A stretch of DNA of 64,000 nucleotides from Azolla caroliniana (Eukaryota > Plantae > Polypodiophyta). A program made the position numbers and the translations under genes. The stretch is taken from the NCBI GenBank assembly GCA_043228905.1, contig JBHGNT010000001.1:34844001-34908000 (forward strand), given 5' to 3'. A model generated the notes under the pieces. That model saw only the letters and a list, made by a program, of their open reading frames with translations, ran no database searches and was not told the DNA's origin. Numbering within the stretch: position 1 is the stretch's first letter; every line of letters starts with the position of its first letter. Below, piece by piece: positions 1-12,882 of the stretch.

Positions 1-94
1 TTTCTTAAAGAATGAATGTTACTTTTCTTTTCCAGAAGAACAAGGGAAATGAAAGGATGCAAAATAAGGGATTATGGCAGGAGAAGTTCCTGCC

Positions 95-96
<2 letters not shown>

Positions 97-130
<34 letters not shown>

Positions 131-196
131 ATACCTTGCAAGAAGAATAAAAGAAGCTTCGGATCTGAGAGAGGAAGAGCGATGTGAAAATGATCT

Positions 197-233
<37 letters not shown>

Positions 234-272
234 ATGGAGAAGGAGAAACAGAAATAGAAAAAAGATCGACTG

Positions 273-305
<33 letters not shown>

Positions 306-310
306 AGAGG
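97..310. repeat. (GA)n and (GAA)n microsatellites
   Basis: Seen directly at about 97-129, 202-230 and 276-304. Confidence 0.9.
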
Positions 311-1183
311 GAGGGAGATAGAGAGGTAAAGTAGCCGTTTTTTGAGTTGTGGGGTAAGAGTAGCAGCAGCATGTAGCCGTTTTGCTTTCTGCTTTCTGCT
401 TTTTGCTTTTCCGCCCTGCTGTTTCTTTCTTAGCTTATGTAGTTCTTTTTCTTTTTTGTTGTCTTGGACTCTTGCCTCTTGGGTTGTATGAGAACTTGGG
501 AGGTTCTTTTGTCCTTCTCGTCCGGTGGAGAGAGGCATATATGCTCGAACCACCTTCTTGTAATTATCCTTTTACTTGTGGCCAAACTGCTAAAGCTCGT
601 GTGGCCCTCCATATGTATGTATGTATGTCCTATGTCTTACACTTCTCGATCCCATCAAGAGTCCATATTGCTTGGTTTGTAGGCCAGAAGAGATGTCCCA
701 CTGCTTGTTTATGGTTTTTGCATCCTTGCTACGTTTCCTTTTGGACTTCGCACACAACAACTCGTTGCAGGTCTCGGCGCTGCTGTGAAAAGAAAAAGGG
801 CGCATCAGACCCCCATTGTTAGCGATTGTATTGTTGTTACACTCGGATGGGATCTGGGTTGTTCCCCCTCTCATTCATCACGCCCTTTTGGTTCTATCAT
901 TTTACACTCTTTTGTCATGTCACTTCTTTATTTCTCAATGTTTTCACTTGTTTCCTATGACCTCTTATGTGACGATTCAATGAAAGACTTACAATTGCTC
1001 AAAATGCCACAACAAAATCTCTGTCAATCATCATCTGAAACTCTACAAATGAGTGTGTTTCAAGATTAAAATGTTGTGTTTATGCCCTTTCCATATTTTG
1101 CAAGTTTATTGATAGAATTATTCCCTCAGGTTTTAAGAGACTTAACTCATTTCTGGTTGGAATTTTAATAGTTTTTAAGTATT

Positions 1184-1400
1184 TTGATTTTTTTTTCCCA
1201 AAAGAAACTCTACTTCGCATTAGTTAGCAAACAAAATACATCATTGACCAACAAATTTCAACAACCCTCACATTGGCCTTCTCACCAAAGTAGTCATAGT
1301 CCCCACCTCATTTTCAACAAAAATATCCCAACTCCTAATTATAGTTGGTTTGGATTCTTTGCTTTTATAATCAAAACTTATATGAGGAAAAACTTGGTGG
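1184..1400 (-). mobile_element. 5'-truncated LINE, 3'-UTR fragment (same family as 55244-56919)
   Basis: Poly(T) followed by ctacttcgcattagttagcaaacaaaa...ggccttc...catagtccccacctcattttcaacaa, matching 55257-55385. 18-bp TSD taatagtttttaagtatt at 1166-1183 and 1401-1418. Confidence 0.8.
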
Positions 1401-1945
1401 TAATAGTTTTTAAGTATTATTAAAACTAATTAAACTTCGAAAAAACTTATAGTCATCCCATTATGGTTGGTTTCAATTCTTTGCTTTTATAATTGAAACT
1501 TAAATGAGGAAAAACTTAGGGGTATTTTCATAGATCATATGATCTTCTAAGGGTTCTAATCTAGACTTGTTTGAGCAACTCAGAGATGACAACCTTGGCA
1601 CGAGTGGCAATCTAACATTTTCATATGGTGCAAGCAAAAATATATACGAGATCTACATTATTATTCTTTAGACCCAGTTCAAAGTAATACTTTTTTGTAA
1701 CGAAAACCCCACAAAAGAATACAAATAAACATCCAAATAATGTACAAATAGTATACCATGATGCTTATTTTTTTAATTATATCACACTACAATTGTTGGC
1801 CACGACATATATCGAAGACCTCTCTTTCTTTCCTTCTATTGATAAAAAAATGTGATCAATGATGGGGGTTAACTGCGGACAAATTTTTTTTTGTGTTGAT
1901 ATGGCACTGATATCCTATCAAGAGGGTAATGTACAAAATCTCTCA

Positions 1946-4900
1946 TTATGCATCATTGCAACAAATTGGCCCTTCCTTATCTTTAAGTTTTCCCCATAAA
2001 CAAGTCATATGCCTGGGATTCTGATAATGTGCAATCACATATGCATCGCTGCATCCCAGATGGTTAAAGTTTTGATCATTTATGTAGTGGACCTGATGGT
2101 TTGTCTTTTTGTATGCTTCGATCCATACTCCCATAGATACGTCTTCAAGTTTGAACAGCTATTAACAAAATAAGAAAACAAGTGCAAAAGCTTTAATCGT
2201 TCAGGATATATCTTCAAGTTTGATTGATTGCATATATAAATATAAGAAACACAAAAATAAAAATTGTAGTTCTTTAAAATACACCTTCAAGTTTGAATAT
2301 AAAACTATATATATATATATATATAAACCAAGGGTAAAAATTTATCTTTCAGTAAACATGTTCAAGCTTAAATAAAATTACTATATAAAAAATAAAACAA
2401 TTACAAAGATAATGACTAACACATCGGAAATGCCGATAACAACTTTAAATCGTATGGAAAGAAAATGATATTTTATTTCTTATTTGATCAATTAAAAAAT
2501 CCTTCTATTAAAAGATGTAAATTGTTTATGTGCTTACCTTTAAGCTTGCATTATAATGAGCATGGACAATAAAGCTCGCAATATCGCTGGAGATTATGTA
2601 TCCTGGACCATGCGCCCATGGTGGATATGAAGCATATGGCCATTCCTGAGGCATAAACAAATTGAAATGTTCAGGAAATAGAGTATCAGATTTTTGAAAT
2701 AATCATTCTTCAGATATATTTCAACAACCTATCGACGGTATTGGATCCCAAATGTTTTCAAACCTTCTTTTTTTGAAAATAAGAACTATCTTTCTTCATT
2801 TATTGATCTCATTTTAACTTCAAATAACATCCATCAAATTCTTGATCAGTTAAGTTTCACAGCATTACTCTTTCACTTCTCAACAAAACACAATTGCAAA
2901 GGTGACACAAATTAAACCCAGGTTTGTTGCAATATAAAAATAGATATATATAAACATAAAATTGGACAACCCATTATAAGGGAATCCTTGGTAAATGTAA
3001 GAATTCAAATTAATAGCGGCCAAAGAAATCAGAAAATGGACCAATATATATATACACACTCATACCCACCACACAAGCACATATATACACATAATATAGT
3101 GAATTAAGGACATTTTATCGTTGCATTCATACATATACCTCTGTACTTATGTACCATTTGTCATCCGGTTCCCGATGTGGCTCACTCTCGAACTCAATTG
3201 ATCCATAGAAGAGTCCTTTGCTTTTCTTGCTTTTATGTAAAAGCGACAAAACCTCATCAACTCTGACGAATGTGTCATCATCAGTTTTCATAATATACTT
3301 CGATCGCATTATTTCCGTCTGTAATAATTGACCGAGATATATAAGAATATGTTGAGGCCAAAGAAAAACAAATGAAAATATAAGTTTATTTTGAACACAA
3401 AGATACCCCGAAAATGCATATTGCGATCGTCTTGAGGGTAATTAAGTTGTATAAATCCACAAATGGCATCAATTGAATATCTCCATACGTCAATGCTTCC
3501 CTCCAAATCTCTTTGTTTACTTGCATATTAGAATGCTATCAAAAATAAAAAGGGTCTCTTACTTTTTCTTCTTTCATTTCTGTAAAAAGTATTGTATTAC
3601 AACTTATATTACATACAAAACAAAGATTACAAGGCAGTAGATCATACAACCATTATTGTTAAAGAAAAATAGATGTGGATATGGAATCATAAGAATATGT
3701 GAATAGAGGAAGATATTAGCTACTATAAAGAGGAAATTTAAAAGATCTTTACTGATTTTTCCCTGTTTCATTAGAGATTGCATTTGCATTTGAATCTTGA
3801 TTAAGCATTGATTATCATCTTTGATTGGATTAGAGCTTTGTAATGTTTTTTGACATTTGTATCAGAACAAGCGAAGAGTCGAAGAGGTTTTACAAGTTTT
3901 GCACCTTCATTCATCAGAAGTTCAGTCCAATTTATATCACTCATTCATAATTACAAAGTGAAAGTCGTGATTCAATAGTTTTTATTCTCTATAATTAGTT
4001 ACTGATCCAAACGAGGTTGATGAAAACTCAATATATACCAATTCTTACAGGGTAATTACATGTCAGACTGGCCTTCCAACATTGGTAAATATTTTTACAT
4101 TCTTTACAAAAAAATTAGATTACAAACCTAAAAAGATTTGACATTTTTTGGTGTGTAAGACACTTATGGGGGTAATTTCGATGATCACACTTGAGTCAGA
4201 TATTTGGGGGTATTTCCAATATTGTAAAGCGTGACAAGGGAGTTTTCTTTTGTAAATTAGAAAACACAAAACCATATCTATACGTATGTTTGGATGAAAT
4301 ACCAAAAGATAATTTATCTAACAGGGTTGAAATAATTTTCTCAGTAAATAGAATCATTTTTCTCAAATGTGTACGTGTTGACAAGTACCTGGCCAACAAA
4401 GAAGCGCACCGTCACGTTTCCAGAACGGACGCTTTCATACTGCATCCAAGTCCTCCTAACAGCCATTCTTCGATCAAAATTGTTCCCCGTTGAGAAAACA
4501 CCAATGAATAATTCATTTCGTTGCTTTGGTCTCAATGGTGGTGCTTTCAAGAACTCCAAATCAGCATGCGTAACATCTTCTGATGCAGGAAGACCAGTCG
4601 CTAAAATCGAGATAGTTTTGATACTCCCTTTCAACCTGACACCACCAACCACTGATGGTTTCAAATTCTGAAAAATAGAAAGGGAAAAACTAAGAGAGAG
4701 AACGATCACATATGAGGATCATTAAAAATTTCCCAGATAAATTAAATAAGTATGCACTTTTCAAGAGATGGTTATAGGTGTGACAGTTACCTCCCTATAT
4801 TCAAAAGAAGTGACATGCTTCCCATTCACTGTCATGTGAAACCCTTCCCACCCCACCCATAATGTAGCTGCGAAAGGCAAGCCATTTATGAATGGAAACC

Positions 4901-6616
4901 AATGGTTCTTGTCCCCGGACGAGAGAAATGGCGAGTTGTTCTTCTCAGTAACATTATCGGGAAACATCCTTATCGAAGCTTTACCTAATTGTTCCGAACA
5001 AACATCCAACCCATCCACTGCAATAAGGACAAAAACAAGTTTTCTTCAGTCGTGCCTTATTTGGGAAGATCTAGATCATTTAAAATGTGTTTTTGGAAAA
5101 AACAAAAATCAAAGGTCGTTGAAGTTGGAAACAAGATTTCTTTAATGATGTACTCTTGGGAAGATCTAACCTGAAGTAGCCACATGAAACATTAGAAAAA
5201 CATTCTTTTCAGTATTGTATTCTTGGAAAGATGTCTAAGCTGGAGTTAAATCACTTAACAGATGACTTGGCAAGGTTCTGAAACACAGAAACAACGGTGA
5301 AGTTTTCTTCAACGATATATATCTTGGGAGGATCTATTCAAAATACACCCCCGAAAAGAAATACTGTCTATGCCTGAGGACCTGCTTTTGGAAAGACCTG
5401 ACGTGAACTGGGTCAATGAACATGGAAACAAGTTCTCTTCAATGGTGTACCCATGCAAAGATTTAATCTGAAGTAGGCCATGTGAAACATGGAAAACATT
5501 CAATTCAATAGTGTATTTTTGAAAGTATATCTAAGCTAAAGCAGTATAAAAGGTTATCAACAATCGTATATTCTTGGGAAGATCTAGCCTGAACTAGGTC
5601 ATACATAAAACAAGAAACAAAGTTTCTCTTCAAATGGTCTATTCATGGAAAGATCTAATCTGAACCATGTCCTTTGACATGCAAGATACGCATTTGAAAG
5701 AACGACATTTATTACAAGATGTAATAAAAATGTAACATTTTATAGGATAGACATGATTCATGAGATCTAGTAGGTAGCCACCTTTTTTGGGATTGGCATC
5801 GGAGATTGGGCAGCGCTCCTCATCTCCCCAATCACGTTCTCGACTCCACGTGTTCTGAACGATCACTGCATCATTGGTTACTTTATCTCCAAGGAGCCGG
5901 ACATTGTAATGTAAAATGACCGGAGGGTGTAATTCACCGGGTAAGTTTGGACCCATAAGCTCTATAGCAAAGCTTCCCTCAGCACCCCATGGTATAGCGA
6001 CGATTGTAATAGCCGAATCCACCACAAGCCCACATGGTATCTCTAGCTCTTCATATATACCTTTAAGACCTTTACTTAGTGTGTGATTGATTGAGCTAAC
6101 AGAGTAAGGACATTGCTTTTCCGTCGTCTTATTTGTCACTGATTGATGATTTTTATTGCTTCGAGTTTTTCCAAACTCAATCCAGTTGTTTTTTGCCTCT
6201 TTTAGAGCTTGTTTGAGCTCTGGGAAGTTATCAGAGCGACTGAGAATAGGTTTCATATACTGCCAAATGGAGAGAATAGCTGATTCTTCCACTGATGAAT
6301 TCACCATAGATAAAGCTATCTTTATTACAGATGGTTCTTTCACCACGCCTACTCTTTTAATGGGTTCAATGAGAATTACGTTGCTTTCTACACCAACGTG
6401 AAGAGGCCCTCCATTGTAAGGAGATAGAGATGGCTTTTTATCTTCTTTATTTGCAATCAGACCTATGTATGACTCTATAAAGGAGCCTTCTAAGAGCTCG
6501 AATCTGAGTAAAAGAACCATACAAACAAAGAAAATGATTGCAGCACCAAGACATACCTTCATCTCTGAGACAGAGAAACAAAACCATCTCTGGTGCTGAT
6601 GCTGGTGCTGCTTCAT
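1946..6616 (-). CDS. GT31 beta-1,3-galactosyltransferase with galectin domain (GALT1 / hydroxyproline-O-galactosyltransferase GALT3 clade), 7 exons, about 656 aa
   Basis: Exons (minus strand): 6616-5782, 5017-4791, 4667-4389, 3535-3407, 3318-3139, 2645-2538, 2158-1946. All introns are GT-AG and phases are consistent. N-terminal TM anchor, galectin motifs ([25 protein letters not shown]) and GT31 motifs ([60 protein letters not shown]). PWAHGPGY fits the GALT1/GALT3 clade, but the two cannot be separated by eye. Alternative ATG at 6562. Confidence 0.9.
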
Positions 6617-9200
6617 GGTGGTGAAGAAGGACCAAATCTCCTTTTTCTCATGAAAAAGCAAAAAATGTGGGTTTTATGGAGCGCCCTTCTAGAAGATTTG
6701 TTACCCCTCTCCGTTTTCAACCTGATTCTTCTCTCTGATGCAGAATTCTCATTCCATCCGTGATGAGTTTTCGTTTTTTTTTTTTTGAAGCTTCTGATCT
6801 GTTTCTATTTAAATTTTGACATTAAGTTTTGGACTTCTTAAAATGAGATGAGAAATCTCTCGATATGGTTGTCAAGGTTAACAGAGTGTGGTACATAGAT
6901 CCATGCATACATCTCCAGTTAGATCAGAGGAGGGAGCAAAGCAGAAAGGCCCTTTCTCTGCTTTTAGGTCTTTACAGGGAGGGGAACACAGAGGGTACAT
7001 TCATCCATGCATACATCTTCAGGTAGAAGAGAGAGAGGGAGAAAGCAATGCAGAAAAGTCCTCCTCTCCATGCTTTTAGGTCTTCTAAGAAAGCAAAAAT
7101 AAAAAGGCCAAAAAGGAAATCTGAAACAAGCTTAAGAAGAAAAAGCAAAATGAAAAGCAGTTATGAATGAATCCATCCCCTTTTTGACTTGCTTGTAAAT
7201 GAAATGAATTTTCATAAGGAAAACATGAAGAAAACATGTTTTGGGAGTGGGGCCTTCTTTTTCCTTCCATTTTATGCTATTTTAAGATCACACATAACCC
7301 CTACATATAACCTCTACACATACATATACATATATATATGTATACATTGGAACATAACCTCTACATTTATATATGTGGCTTGGAACATAACCTATTCTAT
7401 GTGGGGAACTTCCAAACACCATTGTTACGATCCCTGCATAACGATTCTTACACTGAAAAACACCCAATTGTGTTCCCATTACATCATTGCTAGTTTCTCT
7501 CGGATTACAATGTCTTGCTTCCACCTAGTAGTAGTAGTGATCACTTTAGAAAGAAGCGCTTCATCAGCTATAGCTGGATTTTTTTATCGGCTTGAATCGC
7601 TATTGAGTTGAAAGCGAGGGAGATAGATAAGAAACCTTGCTTTTCGTCGTCGATGTGTTGCGTGATCAGAAGCTTGAATCGTCGTTAAGTTGAAGGTGAT
7701 GTAGATAGAAAGCTTGCTTTTCGAACGATTAGGATGATTCTAATGGGATAATATTAACCTTAATTGTGATTATTTAGTTGATTGAGCTATATGTCATGAG
7801 CTCTTTTTCTTAGTCATGTGCTTAGATTTTAATTTTCATGGGATTAGGAGCCTACATAAGAGAATATGTGTTAGTTTATAAATATACAAGCGAGGTGATG
7901 TCATTTTATAAAACTTTATTAAAATTATATGTGTTGGTTTATAAACATTTTCCTGTGATAATGCAAAGGACACCCAACCACCGTTTAGTGAATGAGAGGA
8001 GAACTAACAATGCAATGAAATTTATTGGTTTCAAATGAATGGGAAAACCAATTTCTTTGTTAACTTCACAAATGGCATGGAATTTTTGTCATGGATTCTA
8101 ATACACCTTAACAAAAGGCCCTAGCCAACAAGCAAAATCCACATATGGATATTCAAATAATTACATGAATTAAATTATATAAAAACGCATTAGCATTCGG
8201 TCCCTGAAGTCACAACCTATGACCATTTTGGCTTGAAAAGTTGTTGTGTGAAGTCCCTAGATTGGTGGACGAAAAATAAGTTGTACCCTTCGCCGTCTTT
8301 CATAAAATAAGTTTTTGTGATTATTATTATTTTCAATCTTGATATCTTGGCTTTTTTTGTGACAATGAAATATGTCTACCAAGGTCAATATCCCTAGCAT
8401 AGTGAACACCATACGTAATCACATAATTAATTACTTTTAATTTTTGGCAACACATATATAATTAATGGTAAACATAACACTTGAAATACTAAAGTTGGAA
8501 TATCTATATGGGAATTTCTACAAATTAGAGACAAACATAATATAATGATTGTGTGTTGAAAGAGGGTGCAAAGCAACAAAAGTCAACACTACTACTAGGC
8601 AGTTAAACAAACACCATCAAATGGCCCATAATGCCCAAACTTTTATCTGACGGGAAAATGATAATATAGCCTGATAAAATAATAGGGAAAGAGACCATGT
8701 AACTTAAAGGCTTTCCTAAACTGCAAATCAATGTATTTACTAATTTTTCATTCATGTCTTTGTATTGTACATCAATGTCAAATTTATCAATTATTGTAAA
8801 TGGGATATCGTAATCGGCTATACATTCAATGCTATTGTTTTAAATCCTTGATTGTTCAAAAAACTCTTCATGAATCATATCCTTCGATTAAATAGGTTTA
8901 AATGTTTTATTTTTCCAATAAAGTGACGGGTAGTGGATTGCACGCAAATTTGTCTCTAAGACAAGCTAAAGGACATTCAAAGCCAACAATGAATAACTCC
9001 ATTAAGTATGGGCAAATAAAGAAATTTAGGTAGAATTTCTAACAACTGACTCCATTCGGGTGTGGGAAATGTTTTTGATTGTGATTTTGGTCCCACCATG
9101 ACTGTGATGGCACCCATAGTCTTAAGAATGTGGACAAAATGAAAGGTGTGCAACTTCCCACATTCCTTTAGCAATGAGTGACAGAGAGAACCGCGTATGG

Positions 9201-10245
9201 TTTTTTCCCCCTAAAAAACATTGCTTCGCATTAGTTAGCAATCAAAGTACATCAAACTTCAACTATTAAGATGCACAATGACTAATCTTAGAGAGATCTA
9301 TATATCCAACAACTTTGAAAATGAACAACAAATTCAACAAAACTCACGTTGGCCTTCCCCTGACAAATCTGATAATAATCCCCACCCCCTCATTTACAAC
9401 AAAGTTATCTGGGTACCGCAACTATACATATTTACATCTCCTGTCCACTAATGCGAGCCATTGGCGGGAACAACCACATGGGTGCTTGGTAGTTCCATTT
9501 AGGGCTTGTCGAAGATTTGACCATCACAGGACAACAACACCATTTCAACTGAAACTTTGACCGTGCCCTTTCTGCTTCGTCCAATTCCCCCTGAATCGAG
9601 TCATGTCATCCGTGCAACCATGATACCAACTCGAACCAGATATTTTAGCAACACCTCGCCGCTTGGGAGCTTTTGCTACTGAATAACAAACTTACAACAT
9701 CTGGTCCAAATGTGCCAGATTGATAAGCATGCCACCATCATCCATATTTCCTCAAAAAATGCAAAGTTTGTGCTAGGTCGCACTATAGCATGTTGGAACA
9801 CGCTGCCACCTTGCACTATAAATCCATGACCATGTGGGTATAATTGTTCCACCTAGCCTTCCCTTGTTAACTTCAAACCTTCTAAGGACCCCCAGACAAC
9901 TTTTCCATTCACACTACAAGTTGCCAAGATCCTGAGACTTCTACCCCAAATGCTAATTGCCTTTGCACAAATCCCAAAATGGTGAGGGATCGATTCCAAA
10001 GAGTGTCCCCACCACGACACCGCATCAACTACCCTAGAGGTACTGCCTTATGGCTAAGAAGCTACAACCAAACCTTTATTTTTTCTGGCATATCCAACGC
10101 TCATAGTCTCCTCAAAAATGACTTCAAGAAATCATATGATATTACGAGTCTGAGCAACACCCATTGATTTAGAGCCAATGATTTGCCTTCCTAACTTAGT
10201 ATTGTACTAAAAAAACCATTACAATTTGTTTGTTCTTGGGGGCGT
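9201..10245 (-). mobile_element. Degenerate 5'-truncated LINE (ORF2 C-terminal region plus 3' UTR), same family as 55244-56919
   Basis: Collinear similarity with about 55245-56280 (cttcgcattagttagca, gggtgcttggtagttccatt, ggtccaaatgtgccaga, cctgagacttctaccccaaatg). Probable TSD gtatggtttt at 9195-9204 and 10246-10255. Confidence 0.8.
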
Positions 10246-12483
10246 GTATGGTTTTATGGTTTACAGTTATATAATTCGCAAATGCAAGTACTCGTTCTTT
10301 TTTTGACACAGGGTCTCAACATGAAGTATTCTTCCACCCTCCTTAGGTTGGTCTTGGTAGTACTTTTCTTATCTATAATTATCAACATAACCTTTTTTTG
10401 GTTGACTATTCATTTCCATTGGATTTTACGAACAGATTGAATGAGGCAAATGTGAATACGAAGAAGGTAGCAAGAGGTTCATTTGGAATTGATTTGCTAA
10501 ACTTCCAACATATGTAGATTTCGTCTTGAATTTTAACTATTTATGTTATTTTTCTAAAGGCTGCCATATGTAACCACTCAATTTGGCATAGAGTTTGAAC
10601 TTCCACCACTCCAAAACACTATATTTTTGTTTTAATTTACATGAAAGCTCAAATCATCAAATTACTTATAACATTTGGTGCTAATGTCACGAGAAATATG
10701 CTACTTCACTAGGAAGCAAAAATAATCAGATGCAAGTTATTTATGATAAACAACTGAAAGAATGCACAATACACCACAAAATTTTACGTTGAAAAAAAGC
10801 ACGTAACCAAGTCCAAAGATAATCCACTATGAACCAAAAAAAGGTACAATAATGTCTTACTCTAGACGAATAGAAGGTTACACGAAATAAGAGTGAAACT
10901 AACCGTAATAAGTAAGCTTGATAAAGCAAAATTATTGCCAAAAACTCATTGCACTTGGAAGTGACAAAGGCGGTGATCCCAAAGTGTCAACGTCTAGTTG
11001 TTGCACAAGAAAGTGTTGATGAAGGAATCAAAGAGGGCTGAATCATGCTATTGGGGTTAAGTTCTGCACACCCTCTAAGTCTTCCCCCTTTTTCCTCTTC
11101 TCATTTTCAAAAAGCAAACATATGCACATATATTAAATGACCTTGCGCATGCTAAAAAAGAAGAAAAAAAAACATTTTGGGTGTCCATGCCCCGTTCACA
11201 TAGATAGTTGGGTGGAAATGCGACCAATGTTTTACGCATATGCTTTCAAAATCCAAAAGCCCTATTATCCGCCGTGAATGAAAACAATTGTGGCATGCAA
11301 TGTTGGGCCATTCACATAGATAAAGCACGAGGCCAAACATACTAACACCTTCTTGTAATTGGGTTAAATTACGATTGGCGTATATGCATATGCTTTCAAA
11401 GATCCCAAAGTTCTATTATCCTCCGTGAATGAAAGTAATTGTGGCATGCAACATTGCTATGGTTCTTGTAACAAAAAGGTACACGTACAAATTCCATGTG
11501 TGCATTTTCAAATGAATTTGAAGTTTATGATCCTATAAATACATATATATTCAAATAATCAATACACTTTTCTACATGATTTAAACCATTTTTAGTAAAC
11601 AATGCCAATGCCATAAATCTAGGCTTTACAAACAACTTTTTGAACTAGGCTTCTTAAAAAGACTAGATTGTGTGCAACATTGTTGAGAGCGTGTCTTTTA
11701 TATTTTTGCCTTAGTCTCTCACAATATATTTTTTATTTGGCACACATAGGGCAATGATATTAGGTAGTAAATAATTCTTTTTATTAATGAAAATAGGAGT
11801 CGACAACAGTTCAGGTCAAGCGTAAACCGTTTGAGCCGAATTGTTGCCGACTCCTATTTGCATAACAATTACTCACATTTTGTTTATGCAATGATATGAG
11901 GTGGTAAATGATAGTTTTTATTAATGCAATACCATTTATTTTTAGCAAATTTTCATTGTTTTTATTAAATGCAAAACTATTTATCCTTGTCAAGATTTCA
12001 ATAAAATAATAATTCATTATCTCACTCTCATTGGTAATGACCTCTATCATTTAGTGATTGTTCCATTCTCTCCCATGTACTAGTTTTATCCTTTATTATT
12101 TTATCTCTGTTTCTCTCACGTTTCTTATGAATATGTAAGTTTGTCTTGATACAACCTAGTTTGTTATTAACTCTAGCATTTCCTATCTCCTACATATTCG
12201 AACCTTATGAATAAGTTGCTTAGTTTACCACAAAACTATTTTTCTACCTCCTTGGGTCTAGGTAGTAGGGACAAACATTGAAAGTTTCTCTAGCAAATCA
12301 CCAAGTCTTTAAGGGATAGAGGAAGAAAATGCTACCTAATTGAAGTTGGTCTCCAAAGTTTAATTACCCTTTTCTTCCCCTATATAAAGAAAGATATACA
12401 TATTGAACATGGAAAACACATTTACTTGCACAACACTGGTATACATATTTTACACACGCTTTATTGCACACAATCACCCAACC

Positions 12484-12882
12484 TTAGCGGATTATACAAA
12501 CACACATGCGCATGCACACACATTTATTTAGCTCAATACACATTAACCATTACATGATTATGCATATTTACATGTACACTCATACACACCTATTTACACA
12601 CACACAAATGTAAATAATATATTAGCGGATTATACGAACACACATGCGCATGCACACACATTTATTTAGCTAAATACACATTAACCATTACATGGTTATG
12701 CATATTTACATGTACACTCATACACACCTATTTATACACACACAAATGTAAATTAGCGGATTATACGAACACACATGCGCATGCACACACATTTATTTAG
12801 CTAAATACACATTAACCATACATGATTATGCATATTTACATGTACACTCATACACACCTATTTACACACACACAAATGTAAA
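12484..12882. repeat. Tandem repeat, three near-identical units of about 130-140 bp
   Basis: Units start ttagcggattatac at 12484, 12622 and 12753 and are CA-rich. Confidence 0.9.

Noticed and set aside
5-874. Several 80-180 aa ORFs at the window start
   Set aside because: They are products of (GA)n/(GAA)n microsatellites and low-complexity sequence, with no recognisable domain.
5639-5781. ORF-track extension of GALT exon 1 to 5639 and TTG start at 6661
   Set aside because: Read-through into the intron after the GT donor at 5781; the first in-frame ATG is at 6616.
12484-12882. Repeat arrays (here and at 20940-21470) as possible CRISPR arrays
   Set aside because: Eukaryotic context, whole units are repeated without unique spacers, and there are no cas genes.
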